From assembly GCF_018350175.1 (NCBI RefSeq), contig NC_058368.1, positions 188,420,001 through 188,484,000 on the forward strand: 64,000 nt of DNA. Direction: 5' to 3'. The stretch's first letter is position 1. Each line of letters begins with the position of its first letter. Under the pieces are notes generated by a model, which saw nothing but the letters and a program-made list of their open reading frames with translations, was not told the origin of the DNA and made no database searches. The translations under genes were made by a program, and so were the position numbers. This document shows positions 14,623 to 28,289 of this stretch, one piece after another. Source of the DNA: Felis catus. Lineage: Eukaryota.

Positions 14623-15247
14623 GGTGCCTGGGTGACCCAGTCGGTTAAGAGTCTGACTCTTGGTTTCAGCTCAGGTCACGGTCTCATGGTTTGTGATTTT
14701 GAGCCCCACATCAGGCTCCACATTGTCAATACAGAGCTTGCTTGGAATTCTCTCTCCCTCTCTCTCTTTCTGGCCCTCCCTTGCTTCTATTCTCTCCCTT
14801 TCTCCCTCTCTCTCAAAATAAATAAATAAACTTGAAAAAAATAAAATAATAAAATAAAATAAATTTTAAAAAAGAAGTTAAAAAAGAAGAAGAATCTTAA
14901 TTGGAGGGTCTTGCCAGAATAAGGGTTATTACCAGAGATACATGTTTATCTGAGTAACCAATCTATATGGCAGGACAAACATCTAATTACCAAACAGCTG
15001 TTCTTCTCCTTATTACCCTGTGAATTGTATTCCTTTCTTTTGAAACCACAGACCCCTAACCCCATTTCCTTGGTTAAGGATGACATATGTGTCTCATTTT
15101 GCTTAATTGTCTTTGAAATTTCCATGTCTATATGGACTCCTCATACATACATTATTAAATTTGACTTTCTCCTGTTAATGTGTCTCATGTCAATTTGAGT
15201 CATAGAAGGATCTTGAAGAAGAGAGGAATTCTTGCCCACCCCCCACA
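14239..15247 (+). mobile_element. MER34-like (ERV1) solo LTR, itself interrupted at 14395-14890
   Basis: TG...CA ends; start TGAAGGGGTTCAGAAC...GGATTATTTTGAGCTGAAGGCA resembles MER34; ATTAAA signal near the end; L1 sequence is continuous across it. Confidence 0.75.
14395..14890 (+). mobile_element. Short CanSINE (14395-14497), (GAG)n(GAA)n microsatellite (14498-14620) and full CanSINE (14621-14890)
   Basis: Two SINE heads separated by a purine triplet tract. Confidence 0.88.
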
Positions 15248-17865
15248 GTATAATATCAATTCTACATGAACTCTTCCAGAACATAAAAGAGGAAAAAACA
15301 CTTCCCAACTAATTTTATGATGTCAACATTACCCTAACATTAAAACCAAATTAAAAAAGAAATGCAAGATAAAAATACTCCACACCAAAATGTCTCATGA
15401 AACTAAACTCAAAAATCCTTGACAAAATATTAATAAAATGAGTCCAGAAAAATAGAAACTACATTATGCCCAAGTAGGGTTTATGCTAGGAATGCAATGT
15501 TGGCTCAACATTGGAAAATAGATCAGTGTAATTCATCATGTCAACAGACTGAAAAACAAAAGCTATAAGAAAGTCAAAATAGATGCAGAAAAAAGATTTG
15601 ACCAAAGTCAACATCCATTCATGATAAAAATTCACAGCTGATTAAAGGATACAGTTGACAAAAGAACTTCCCTAATCTGATAAAGGGTATCTACAAAAGT
15701 CCTACGGCTAACATCATACTCAATGATAAAAGATTAAACACTTTTCTCCTAAAGTTGGTAACGAGGCAATGGTATCTGCTTTCACCACTTCTATTCTCTA
15801 CTGTATTACAGGTCTTAGCCAGTATTTCCTGTATTAAGAGAAATAAAACAAACAAAGACACCAACATTCAAAGGAAGAACTGCTATTATTTGCTGATGAT
15901 ATGATGATCTACAAACAAAAGCCTAAGGAATCTACATAAATAAATAAATACATACATACATACATACATACATACATACATACATAACACCTAAAACAAA
16001 GACTGTCAGAACTTCTAAATTAGCTTAGCATGATTGCAAGGTACAGGACCAAGACACAAATTAATAAATATTACAAAATATGTGCAAGATTTTTATACAG
16101 AAAACTACAAAATACTGCTTAGAAACTTAGCTAAATAGAGAGACAAACCATATTCATGGATCAGAAGATTCGATGTTATTAAGAAGTCAATTCTCCCCAA
16201 ATTCCACATTAACATATAGGTCTAATACAACCTGAATCAAAATCCCAGTGGGCTTATTTTTTGTATAAATTGGTATAACATCTTTAAATTTTATATTAAG
16301 TACAAAGGAATTTAAATAGCTAAAATAATTATTTCATATAAATATCAAAGAGAACTTATAAATGATTTTAAAACTTACTATAAAGCTGCAGGTATCAAGA
16401 GAGTGTGGTACTGATGGACAGACATATAGTTCAACATATCAAAACAGAGAGGGAGGAGTTAAGATGGCAGACTAGTAAGGGGACCTTGGGCTTGCCTCCT
16501 TCCTCCAACACAGATAGATCAACATCAAATCATCTTGAACACCTAGGAAACTTATTGGAGGATTAAGAGAACAATCTGTATAACTTGAGGGAGAAAATGT
16601 GGCAGGTATGAGGTGCAGAGATGTGAACTGGGGGAGACAAAAGGCACAGTATCAGAGGGGAGGGAGCCCTTTTCACAGAAAGGAGGAGAGAAGGGGAGAG
16701 AAAGAGCAATGCCTCTGGTTCACACAAAAAACACACTCCCTCAAAACCACTGACTGGGGGAATCAGGAGGCACTGACTATTGAAAATTTTTGCAAACATT
16801 GGGGCTCAAATTCTGAGGTTTCGGAAGTGTGCACCATTGGCTGGTGCACAAACTGGGGCGGGGGACAGCGGTGCTCCTGTAGAAAAGGAGGGCAGAGGTT
16901 CCAGGAGCAGGCAGGCAGTGGACAGCGTGATGTGGGGATCTCCTGAGTCACACTGGGAGACACTGGAGTGTACACTGGAGTGCATTTGGAAGAGGGTAAA
17001 TTGCCTCTCCGAGGACAAAACACCCAGCTGGCACCTGTGAGTGGCCGTTCAACAGCATGGGACAGAGGCACTCACAGAGGGCAGATAACCTGGTCACAGC
17101 TTTCCACAGTGTTTCACCATAAACTCCAGGCATCTGCACAGCCATGCAACTGCTTTTCTGGGACAGGACGGTACCAGGTGCAGTACTGGGAGGTTCTCTT
17201 TAGGAGGAAGGGAGCATTCCATGCCCTGCTGGATCCTTTAAGATTTGGAGTCTTGAATCCCAGCCACGCCCCAAAGATAAAACACGGGACAGCTGTGGCA
17301 CCAGGAGAGCTGATGGCCTTGGGCACAGAAGGGTTGAGGGCAGGGATCTGACAGAAGCCTGGGCCACAGGAGAGAAGATTATTCTTTTGGCTCTGAGAGT
17401 TTCCTGAAGAGCAGGAGAGAGCTCCCCTCCCTGGGGATGAGAGAGCAGGGTAACCAGTGACACCATCTCCCCCCCCACCACACCCACCAGCATGGTGGGA
17501 CTTCAGTGAGCAACACAGCACCCCCAGTTGAGGCTGGAGCCACTTACATCAAAGCCTACCCCTTCATGCCCTACAGGGGCATCTTTACTAGGGCGGATGT
17601 GACTGTCAGGCACCAGAGCTGGCCTCTCTCCCAGAGGACTAACACAGGCCTCTGCAACGTGCACCAAGTCAACTGATCATAGAGTGCTCCAAAGCATCAG
17701 CTTCGGTTCTGATAGAAATAGGACCAGGGTTTCTTTTCTTTTTTTTTTTTTTCCCCTTTGGAATCAGGATTAGAGGTTTTTGTTCATTTGTTTTTTTGTT
17801 TCCTTTTCTCTTTTTCTGGACGCCAGGACACAGGGGTGGAGTTGGTTTTGTTGTTGTTGTTGTTC

Positions 17866-18496
17866 TTTTTTTTTTATCTTTTAAAATTTACATCCAAATT
17901 AGTTAGCATATAGTGCAACAACGATTTCAGGAGTAGATTCCTTAGTGCCCCTTACCCATTTAGCCCATCCCCCCTCCCACAATCCCTCCAGTAACCCTCA
18001 GTTTGTTCTCCATTATTTATGAGTCTCGTCTGTTTTGTCCCCCTCCCTGTTTTTATATTATTTCTGTTTCCCTTCCCTTATGTTCATCTGTTTTGTCTCT
18101 TAAAGTCTTCATATGAGTGAAGTCATATGATGTTTGTCTTTCTCTGACTGACTAATTTCACTTAGCATAATACCCTCCAGTTCCATCCACGTAGTTGCAA
18201 ATGGCAAGATTTCATTCTTTTTGATTGCTGAGTAATACTCCATTGTATGTATATACCACATCTTCTTTATCCCTTCATCCATCGATGGACATTTGGGCTC
18301 TTTCCATACTTTGGTTATTGTTGAGAGTGCTGCTATAAACATGGGGGTGCACGTGTCCCTTCGAAACAGCATACCTGTATCTCATGGATAAATGCCTAGT
18401 AGTGCAATTGCTGGGTTGTAGGGTAGTTCTATTTTTAGTTTTTTGAGGAACCTCCACACTGTTTTCCAGAGTGGCTGCACCAGCTTGCATTCCCAC
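17866..18496 (-). mobile_element. 5'-truncated felid L1 3' end inserted antisense in the 5' UTR of the L1 above
   Basis: ORF2 C-terminus (CTPMFIAALSTI...WMELEGIMLSEISQ), 3' UTR and poly(A) on the minus strand. Confidence 0.92.
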
Positions 18497-18519
18497 TTTT
18501 GTTTTTTTTAATCAGGCTT

Positions 18520-18732
18520 TGTTTGTTTAAGTTTATTTATTTATTTAGAGAGAGGCAGAGACAGCATGAGCAGGGGATGGGCAGAGAGGGAGAGGGAGAA
18601 GAGAGAGAATCCCAAGCAGGCCTTGCACTGTCAGCACAGAGCCCAACACGAGGTTTGATCCCACAAACTATGAGACCATGACCTGAGCCGAAATCAAGAG
18701 ATGCTTAACTGACTGAGCCACCCAGGTGCTCC
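18520..18732 (-). mobile_element. CanSINE in the L1 5' UTR
   Basis: TSD TAATCAGGCTT at 18509 and 18733. Confidence 0.9.
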
Positions 18733-19061
18733 TAATCAGGCTTACTTTAATAAACAAATCAAAGCACACCTAGTTAAAGGTTGAAACACTCTCCACTGCA
18801 AGCAAGAAGAAACTCTGCAGAGGACTGACCTGGGGGAAAGAGCAGTGAAATGACAACAGCAGAGTGCACACAGCATACACCTAGAAACACTTCCTGCCGT
18901 GCCAGGCTCTGGACAGTGTCCGACCCCTTCTTAATATGGCACTATTCTCAGCAGCAGGAAACATAACAAGCTTTCATAACATGCAAAAGACAGAAACCTA
19001 GACAAAATGACAAGATGGAGGAACCCTCCCCAAAAGAAATATCAACAAGAAACCACAGCCA

Positions 19062-19277
19062 GGGGGTGCCTGGGTGGCTCAGTCAGTTGAACATTCGACT
19101 CTTGATTTTGGTTCAGGTCATGATCTCATGGTTCATGAGTTTGAGCCCCACATTGGACTTCATGCTTCATGCTCATGCTCAAAGGCTGCTTGGATTCTGA
19201 ATCTCTCTCCCTCTCTTTCTGCCCCTCCCCCACTCATTCTGTCTCTAAAAATAAATAAATAAACTTAAAAAAAAAAA
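19062..19277 (+). mobile_element. CanSINE disrupting L1 ORF1
   Basis: SINE body with TSD-like CCACAG(C/A)CAGGG on both sides. Confidence 0.9.
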
Positions 19278-22200
19278 AGCCACAGACAGGGATTTGCTCA
19301 AAACAAATATAAGCGATATATCTGAACAAGAATTTAGAACAACAGTTATAACAATACTAGCTGAGCTTGGAAAAAGCTTAGAAGATCCCCAGAGAAACCT
19401 TTGCCGTAGAGATAAAAGACCTAAAAATTAGGTCAAAATAAAAAAATGATATAACTGAGATGCAAAAACAACTGATGTAATAACAATGAGGATACAAGAA
19501 GCAGAGGAATGAATAGATGATATAGAAGATAAAATTATGGAAAATAATGAAGCTGAAAAGAGGGGAAGAAAATTATTAGATCACAAATACAGACTTAGAG
19601 AAGTTAGCAATTCCACAAAGCACAATAATATCCGTATCTTAGGAGTCCAAGAAGAAGAGCAGGAAAAAGGGGCAGAAGGTTTATTTGAAAAAAATATAGC
19701 TGAAAATGTCCCTAATCTGGGGAAGGAAACAGGCATTCAAATCCAAAAGGCACAGAGAACTCCCTTCAAAATCAACCAAAACAGGTCAACACCAAGATAT
19801 AGCATAGTGAAACTTGCAAAATATAAAGATAAAGCAGCTGGGGACAAGAGGTCCTTAACCTACGAGAAAGCAGCTGGGGACAAGAGGTCCTTAACCTACG
19901 AGAGTAGACAAATAAGGTTAGAAGCAGACCTGTCCACAGAAACTTGGCAGGGCAGAACGGAGTGGCATGATATATTCAATGTGCTAACTGGGGAAAATAT
20001 TCAGCCAAGAATAGTTTATCCAGCAAGGCTGTCATTCAGAATAGAAGGAGAGATTAAGAGTTTCCAAGACAAACAAAAACTAAAGGAGTTCGTGAACACG
20101 AAACCAACTCTGCAAGCATTATTAAGGGGGGCCTTCTGAACAGGAAAGAGAGACCAGAAGCAATAAAGACTAGAAAGGAACAGAGACAATCTATAGGAAC
20201 AGCAACTTTACAGGTAATACAATGGCACTAAATTCATATCTATCAGTAATTACTCTGAATGTAAATGGACTAAATGTTCCAAACAAAAGACATAGGGTAT
20301 CAGAATGGGTTAAAAAACAAGACCCATTGATATGCTGCTTACAAGAGACTCATTTTTGACCCCAAAACACCTCCAAATTGAAAGTGAGGGGGTGGAGAAC
20401 CATATATTATGTTAATGAACATCAAAATAAAGCTGGAGCAGCTATACTTATATCCGATAAACTAGATTTTGAAGCAAATACTGTAATAAGAGACGAAGAA
20501 GGGCACTATATCATAATAAAGGGGTCTAGCCAACAAGATCTAACAATTGTTAAGTATTTATGCCCCCAACTTGTAGAAAGCCAAATATATAAATCAATTA
20601 ATAACAAACTTAAAGAAACACATTGATAATAACACAATAATAGTAGGGGACTTTAACACCCCACTTACAGGAACAGACAGATCATCTAAGCAGAAGATCA
20701 ACAAAGAAACAATGGCTTTGAATGACACACTGGACCAGATAGACTTAACAGACATATTCAGAGCATTTTATCCTAAAACAGAAGAATACACATTCTTTTC
20801 GCATGCACATGGAACATTCTCCAGAATAGATCACACACTGGGTCACAAATCAGCCTTCAACCAGCACAAAAAGATTGAGATCACACCATGCATATTTTCA
20901 GACCACAACACTATGAAACTTGAAGTCAACCACAAGAAAAAATCTGTAAAGACTACAAATACATGGAGGTTAAAGAACATCCTACTAAAGAATGAATGGG
21001 TTAATCAGGAAGTTAAAGAAGAAATTTAAAAGCAAATTAAAATGAATCATAACAGTCCAAACCCTTTAGGATGCAGCAAAGGTGGTCATAAGAGAGAAAT
21101 ATATAGCAATCCAGGCCTTACTCAAGAAGAAGAAAATACAAATATACAACCTAACCTTACACCTAAGGGAGCTAGAAAAGGAGCAGCAAATAAAGCTCAA
21201 AAACGGCAGAAGAAGGAAAATAATAAAGATTAGAACAGAAATAAATGATATAGAAAATTTTTTAAAAAGTAGTACAGATCATCAAAACTAGGAGCTGGTT
21301 CTTTGAAAGAATTAATAAAATTGATAACCCCCTAGCCAGACTTATCAAAAAAAAAAGAGAAATGATCCAAATAAATAAAATCATGAATGAAAGAAGAGAG
21401 ATCACAACCCGAAACACAGAACTACAAACAATTATAAGAGAACATTATGAGGAATTATATACCAACAAATTGGGCAATATGGAAGAATGGATAAATTCCT
21501 AGAAACATATAAACTACCAAAACTGAAAGAGGAGAAAGAGAAAATTTGAACAGACCCATAACCAGAAAAGAAATTGAATTAGTAATCAAAAATCTCCCAA
21601 CAAACAAGAGTCCAAGGCCAGATGGCTTCCCTGGGGAAATCTACCAAACATTTAAAGAAGAACTAATACTTATTCTTCTGAAAATATTTCAAAAAAATAA
21701 AAATGGAAGGAAAACTTCCAAACTCATTCCATGACACAAGCATCACCTTGATTCTAAAGCCAGATAAAGACCTCACTAAAAAGGAGAATTACAGACCAAT
21801 TTCCTTGATGAACATGGATGCAAAAATTCTGAACAAGATACTAGCAAACTGAATCCACCAGTACATTAAAAGAATTATTCACCATGATCAAGTGGGATTT
21901 ATTCCTGGGCTGCAGGGGTATTTCAATATCCATAGATCAATCAATGTGATACATCACATTAATAAAAGAAAGGATAAGAACATAATATGACCCTCTCAGA
22001 TCATGGATACAGAAAAAACATTTGACAAAATACAGCATCCTTTCTTGATAAAAACCCTCAAGAAAGTAGGGATCGTAGGAACATACCTCAACATCATAAA
22101 GACCATATATGAAAGACCCACAGCTAGTATTATCCTCAGTGGGGAAAAACTGAGAGCTTTTTTCATAAGGTCAGGAACATGACAGAAATGTCAACTCTCA

Positions 22201-23507
22201 CCACTGCTGTCCAACACAGTACATAGTAGAGGAAGTCCTAGAATCAGCAATCAGACACCAAAAAGAAATGAAAGGTATCCAAATTGTCAAGGAAGAGTCA
22301 ACCTTTCACTCTTCACAGATGACATGACACTCTACGTGGAAAACCCGAAAGACTCCACCAAAAAATTGCTAGAACTGATACATGAATTCAGCAAAGCTGC
22401 TGATATAAAATCAATATACAGAAATCTGTTGCATTTCTATACACCAATAATGAAACAACACAACGAGATATCAAGGGATCGATCCCATTTACAACTGCAC
22501 CAAAACCATGAGATACCTAGGAATAAAGCTAACCAAAGAGGCAAAAGATCTGTACTCTGAAAATTATAGAACACTTATGAAAGAAACTGAATAAGAGACA
22601 AAGAAATGGAAAAAGATTCTATGCTCCTGGATAGGAAGAACAAATATTGTTAAAATGTCTATCCTACCCAAAGCAATCTACACATTCAATGCAATCTGTA
22701 TCAAAATAACACCAGCATTCTTCACAGAGCTAGAACAAATACTCCTAAAATTTGTCTGGAACCAGAAAAAGACCCCAAATAGCCAAAGTAATGTTGAAAA
22801 AGAAAAGCAAAGTGGGAGGCATTACAATTTCATATTTTAAGCTATACTACAAAGCTGTAATCATCAAGACAGTATGGTAGTGGCATAAAAACTGACACAT
22901 GGAGCAATGGAACAGAATAGAGAACCCAAAAATGGACCCATCACTATATGGTCAACTAATCTTCTACAAAGTAGGGAAGAATATCCAATGGAAAAAAGTC
23001 TTTTCAACAAATGGTGTTGGGAAAACTGGACAGAGACATGTAGAAACACAGATGTGAAAAGATGCTCGACATCACTCATCATCAGGGAAATACAATCAAA
23101 ACCACAATGAGATATCACCTCACATCTGTCAGAATGACTAAAATTGACATCTCAAGAAATAACAGATGTTGGCAAGGATGTGGAGAAAATGAACCTTCTT
23201 ACACTGCTTGTAGAAATGCAAACTGGTGCAGCCACTCTGGAAAACAGTATGGAGGTTCCTCAAAAGTTAAAAATAGAACTACCCTATGACCCAGCAATTG
23301 CACTACTAGGTATTCACCCAAAGGATACAAAAATACTGATTTGAAGGGGTACACGCACCCCAATGTTTATAGCAGTACTATTAACAATAGTCAAATTAAG
23401 GAAAGAGGCCAAATATCCATCCACTGATGAATGGATAAAGAAGATGAGAGAGATAGAGATAGAGATATATAGATACACCAACCCAAACCACATGCACACA
23501 TGTGCAT

Positions 23508-23552
<45 letters not shown>

Positions 23553-23902
23553 GGAACTAGGGTGTATTATGCTAAGCGAAATAAGTCAGTCAGAGAAAGA
23601 CAAATATCATATGAGTGGAATTTAAGAAACAAAACAAATGAATAATAGGGGAAGGGAAGGAAAAATAAAATGAGATAAAAACAGAGAGAGGCAAACCATA
23701 AGAGAGTCTTAACTATACAGAACAAACTGAGGGGCTGATAGAGGGGAGGCAATGGGTACATGGGTGATGGACATTAAGGAGGGCACTTGTGATGACCACT
23801 GGATGTTATATGTAAGTGATGTATCACTAAATTCTACTCCTGAAACCAGTACTACACTTTATGTTAATTAACTTGAATTTGAACAAAATTGGAAGATAAA
23901 AA

Positions 23903-24868
23903 AACCATATCAGAATAGAGTTCAGAAATAGATCCATATGTGTGTTGTATCAATTGATTTTAGACAAAAGTGCCAAAATAATTTAATGGGAAGAAATAGT
24001 CTCTTCACCAAATGGCAGTATTATAATTGGGTACTCAAATGCAAAAATTACAAACCACAGTTCTTATCTCACACCATATACAAAAATTAATTCAAAATGG
24101 GTTCCAGATATAAAAATAATAACTAAAATTAAAACTTCTAGGGGTACCTGGGTAGTTCAGTTGGTTAAGCTTCTGACGTCAGCTCAGGTCATGATCTTAC
24201 AGTCCGTGAGTTTGAGTCCCACGTCAGGCTCTGTGCTGACAGCTCAGACCCTGGAGCCTGTTTCAGATTCCATGTCTCCCTCTCTCTCTGCTCCTCTCCT
24301 GCTAGCACTCTCTCTCTCTCAAAAATAAACATTTAATAATTTTTAAAAAAAACTTCTAAAAGAAAACATGAGGAAAACCTTTGTGACTGCATTAAGCAAA
24401 AAATGTGTTAGGACATAAAAACACAAACCACAAAATTTAAAAATTGAAAAATTGGACTTCATAAAATGAAAAATATATTGTCTTTGAAATACACTGTTGT
24501 TTTTTTTAATGAAAAGACACATTACAGACTGGGAGAAAACATTTTTCTTTTTTGAGAGAGAGAGAGAGGGCACAAGTGAGTGAAGGGCAGAGAGAGAGAG
24601 GAAGAGAGAGAGAGAAGTGGGGCTTACCTGAAGCAGACCTCAAACTCAAACTGTGAAATCATGACCTAAACTGAAGTCAGATGCTTAAGCAACTGAGCCA
24701 CCCAGGTGCTCTGGGAGAAAATATTTTTAAATCACATATCTAGTGTAAGACTTATATCTAGAAAATATGAAAACTGCTTTCAATTCACTAATTTGAGGAC
24801 AAATGACTCAATCAAAAAATAGGCAAAATATTCAAACAGACATCTACCAAAGGAGATATTCAAATGGC

Positions 24869-24911
<43 letters not shown>

Positions 24912-24928
24912 AGAAAGAAAAGAAAGAA

Positions 24929-24976
<48 letters not shown>

Positions 24977-25053
24977 GAAAGAAAGAAAAAACAGAAAGAG
25001 AAAGAAAAGAAAGAAAGAAAGAAAGAAAGAAGAAAGAAAAAAGAAAGAAAGAA

Positions 25054-25085
<32 letters not shown>

Positions 25086-25088
25086 AAA

Positions 25089-25136
<48 letters not shown>

Positions 25137-25990
25137 AGAAAAAGGAAAAAAAAGTACATAAGTAAGATACCACTAGAATGGCTAAAATTTTCAAAATAAC
25201 TGACAATACCAAGTGTGGAGCAGGATATGCAGGAACTGAAATTTTTATATATTGCTATTGGAAATGCAAAATTGTACAATCACTTTGGAAAATAATTTGG
25301 TAGTTTCGTATAAAGTTAAACATACTTTTACCATACAACCTAGAAATCCTACTCTAAGAATTTACACAAGAGAAATGTCCTCCCAAAGATTTATATAAGA
25401 AAGTTTATAGTATATTTATTCCTAGTAGCCAAAAACTGTAAATGGTGCAAATTTCCATCACTAGGTGAGTGTATAAATGAATTGTGGTATATAAAGAAAA
25501 CTACTCAGTAATTTTAAAAAGACAAACTAGTGATACATTCAGAAACATGGATGAATCTCAAAAGCATTACACTAAGTGAAAAAAAAAGACACAAAAGACT
25601 ACATACCATTACATGATTCCACTTAAAAGACAGTCTAGGAAAGACAAAAATATAGGGACAGAGAACAGATTAGCGGTTTCTAGGGGCCAGGAATGGGGAG
25701 AAGTGCTTAACTCCAAAGGGGCATGAAGGAACTTTTGGGGATGATGGAGATGTTCTGTATTTTGATTGCGATGGGAGTTACTCAGTTGTACATATTAGTC
25801 AAAGCTCATCAAATTGTATACTTTAAAAGAACGAGTTTTATTATGGACAAATTGTATCTCAGTAATTCTAAAATTTCTTTAAGAAAATTACCATTAGGGA
25901 AAACTGGGTAAAAGGTACACAGGATTTTACCGTAGCATTTTATCCAAATGCATGTGAATCTATACTTACCTCAAAATAAAAAGGTTTTAA
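23903..25990 (+). mobile_element. Old L1, right part (end of ORF2 and L1M-type 3' UTR) with CanSINEs at 24141-24348 (+) and 24542-24710 (-)
   Basis: Resumes the L1 sequence broken at 16449 (...CAGAATAGAG TTCAGAAATAGA...); SINE TSDs AAAACTTCTA and CTGGGAGAAAA. Confidence 0.82.
24870..25153 (+). repeat. Long imperfect (GAAA)n tract
   Basis: About 280 bp, almost all purine. Confidence 0.97.
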
Positions 25991-28289
25991 ATAATATTTT
26001 TTAACTATGAGATTTTAAAAATCTCTTTAAGAGAAAGATGAAGCATGAAACATTACTTCTATTCATAAAAGAAGTAGTAGAGGAGGAGGAGGAAGAGAAA
26101 AAAGGCTTATGCTACAAATCAGGGCTCAGTGGGAGTACAGACCACACCTATGGGTCCAGCGTTCAAGGTGATTTACCCAAAGTCATATTCCTGTGAGAGA
26201 GAGATGGCTTCTCCTCTGAGCTTGCACAAGTTGTCATCAGAAAGCCACTGTCAGTTATGACTCCAAATGTCCCCCAGTATTAGGAGGAATCCTACGATCC
26301 TCTACAACAAACTTTAGTTCAACATCTTACCAAAAAAGCTCACGGTGACAGTGAGCTGCGAAGAATCAATGTCAAACTGCAACCATTCTAAATCTCCCAG
26401 CTGTACTTGCCACCAGTGGATTAGGTCAACCCAGGACAAGTGGCCCTGCCTAATGAGAGACTGGCAAGCCACAAAAGTACTTCCCCCAAAATCCATGGGG
26501 GCAGGAAGAGGTAGAGCTGTCCATAGCAGTGGATGAAGTTCCTCTTTAGGATTCCACATCTGCCTGTCAGACTTCCTTTCTTTGGTCCAGCAGACTGGGT
26601 TCCAGTAACCACAGGTAGGCATCACCACAGACCAAGCAGTAGGTGAGGCATTCTGGCAGGAAGCAAAAAGGCCAACTGTCATAAAGAGTTTGAACTTCAG
26701 TTTGGGGAAAGGCCCTCCACATATTCAGCTAGAAGCTAGACCTTGACTTTCATCAGAAAACTCGAGTTTCATCCCAGCTTGGCTTTTGCGGGATCTTGCA
26801 CAAGTCCTAACCTTGGTTTTCTCATCTCTGATGATGGTAATACTTCATGAGAGATAGATGCAATGAGGTCACGGTTATTCAAATGTCAGGGTTCTTCTTT
26901 TTCCCTGAGCCACTGTTTCCCAAAGTGTAGCCCACATATCACTAGGGGTACATAAGAAAATTTTGGGCTATAATAGACTTTTTAATTTCAATACTTATAA
27001 ACTTAATTTAAAGGGTATTAGAAAAATAGAACTAGCCCATCTACTTTGCTAAAATGAAATTAAGTTTAAAATTGGGTCCAAGTAAAAACTACGTCAAAAA
27101 TATATTAGGTTAATAAATTTTTAATGTAATTAAGTAGATATGGTAGAAATCATAAAGATGATTAAAATTTGAGAAATAATACTCTCAGCTATGAGAACCA
27201 GGGCTGTGAATCTCATCCTGGGGTCTCTTGGCAGGGGCCCTTGAGGGCTTTACATTATACAACACAGTGCTCTCTTTGTAAGAACCCAAGTCACATTATT
27301 TCTGGTCATAGGATCAGATGCAATTGTACTTATCCTACGGATTTGGTTTGTTTTATCTCATGGAATTGCAAACTGTGTAGTTGATTGGGTTTTCCGGCTT
27401 GCACTGACAGCAAGAAAGCTTAAAGCTCAACTTGAGAACCAGTTGTCAAATACATATAGGATTGTGTCCTATTTGTTTTTTACTGGCCTCACTCCTAATT
27501 CTATATAATGGCTCTACCTGATCGTCATTTTTAATCTCTTCTACTTTTAACTTACTCTCTTCCCATATTTTTATATCCTTTGAAGCCATCTTAAATCGTT
27601 TTTTTTTAAGTAATGGAAGTTATAAATTTTTAAATGTACTAAGTTCCTCTTCTTGTCTTCCTTTTTTTGAAGATAGCATAAGCAAAATTTGTCCTTAAAC
27701 TCAAGGGTTTGTTCTTTCTGCATCTTTCTGAGTCCCTAGGTTAATAGAAATTTCAGTGTGCTTGATAAGCGTGAGACAATCAATTATTTCATATCATTTT
27801 GGAATCAGTCCTTGTCAAAAGCCATTCTTTTCAGTGTTACATCATTACGACACAAACAGATAGTTACGACTGATTTCAGACCTGGGTAACCCCACAGACC
27901 TAAAGTAAAATGGAAAGTGGGTGCTGTGGTGGAATTGGGCTTCCTTTGTTTCCTCAAAAGCCAAGGTTTGCTGACAAAGGAAAGAAAAAACCCCAAGCTA
28001 AAATGATACCAAAATTTGGTGTCAGAACATTCAGAATACCACAGCAATGGGAAGCCATTCTCTTCATAGTTAGTATAATGAATCTCCCAAGACAGCAGAC
28101 TTTTCCTGCCCACATGTCTTTGAACCTCCTAATGTTTTCTCCAGGGAGAGAAGACTGTATATTTTAGGTCAATTCTTCATCTTTTTTAGAATCTTGGTTA
28201 CATTATTTTTTTTTCTGAGCCTCATTTTGTTCTCTGTAAAATAAAGATAATCCCTATTCTATCTATTTCAACATGAAGTCACAATGAAA

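Larger units (their letters stand above)
13075..16449 (+). mobile_element. Old degenerate L1 (ORF2 region), left part
   Basis: A-rich decayed ORF2 motifs (GATGAAATAGACAAATTCCT, CATCCATTCATGATAAAAA, TTTGCTGATGATATGAT = FADDM); interrupted by SINEs and an LTR. Confidence 0.85.
16450..23902 (+). mobile_element. Near full-length inactive carnivore L1 (5' UTR, ORF1 about 19007-20139, ORF2 from about 20222, 3' UTR)
   Basis: Starts GGGAGGAGTTAAGATGGC; ORF1 motifs (NIQPRIVYPARLSF); endonuclease and RT fragments (GTFSRIDH, PDGFPGE, FTDDM) with stops and frameshifts; degenerate TSD AACATATCAAAACAGAG / AACCATATCAGAATAGAG. Confidence 0.93.

Noticed and set aside
19537..23560. L1 ORF1/ORF2 fragments as an active or domesticated element
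   Set aside because: ORF1 is split by a SINE; ORF2 has many stops, frameshifts and a deletion
24803..25279. Four overlapping Lys/Glu/Arg-rich or Phe/Leu/Ser-rich ORFs
   Set aside because: Stop-free translations of the (GAAA)n tract
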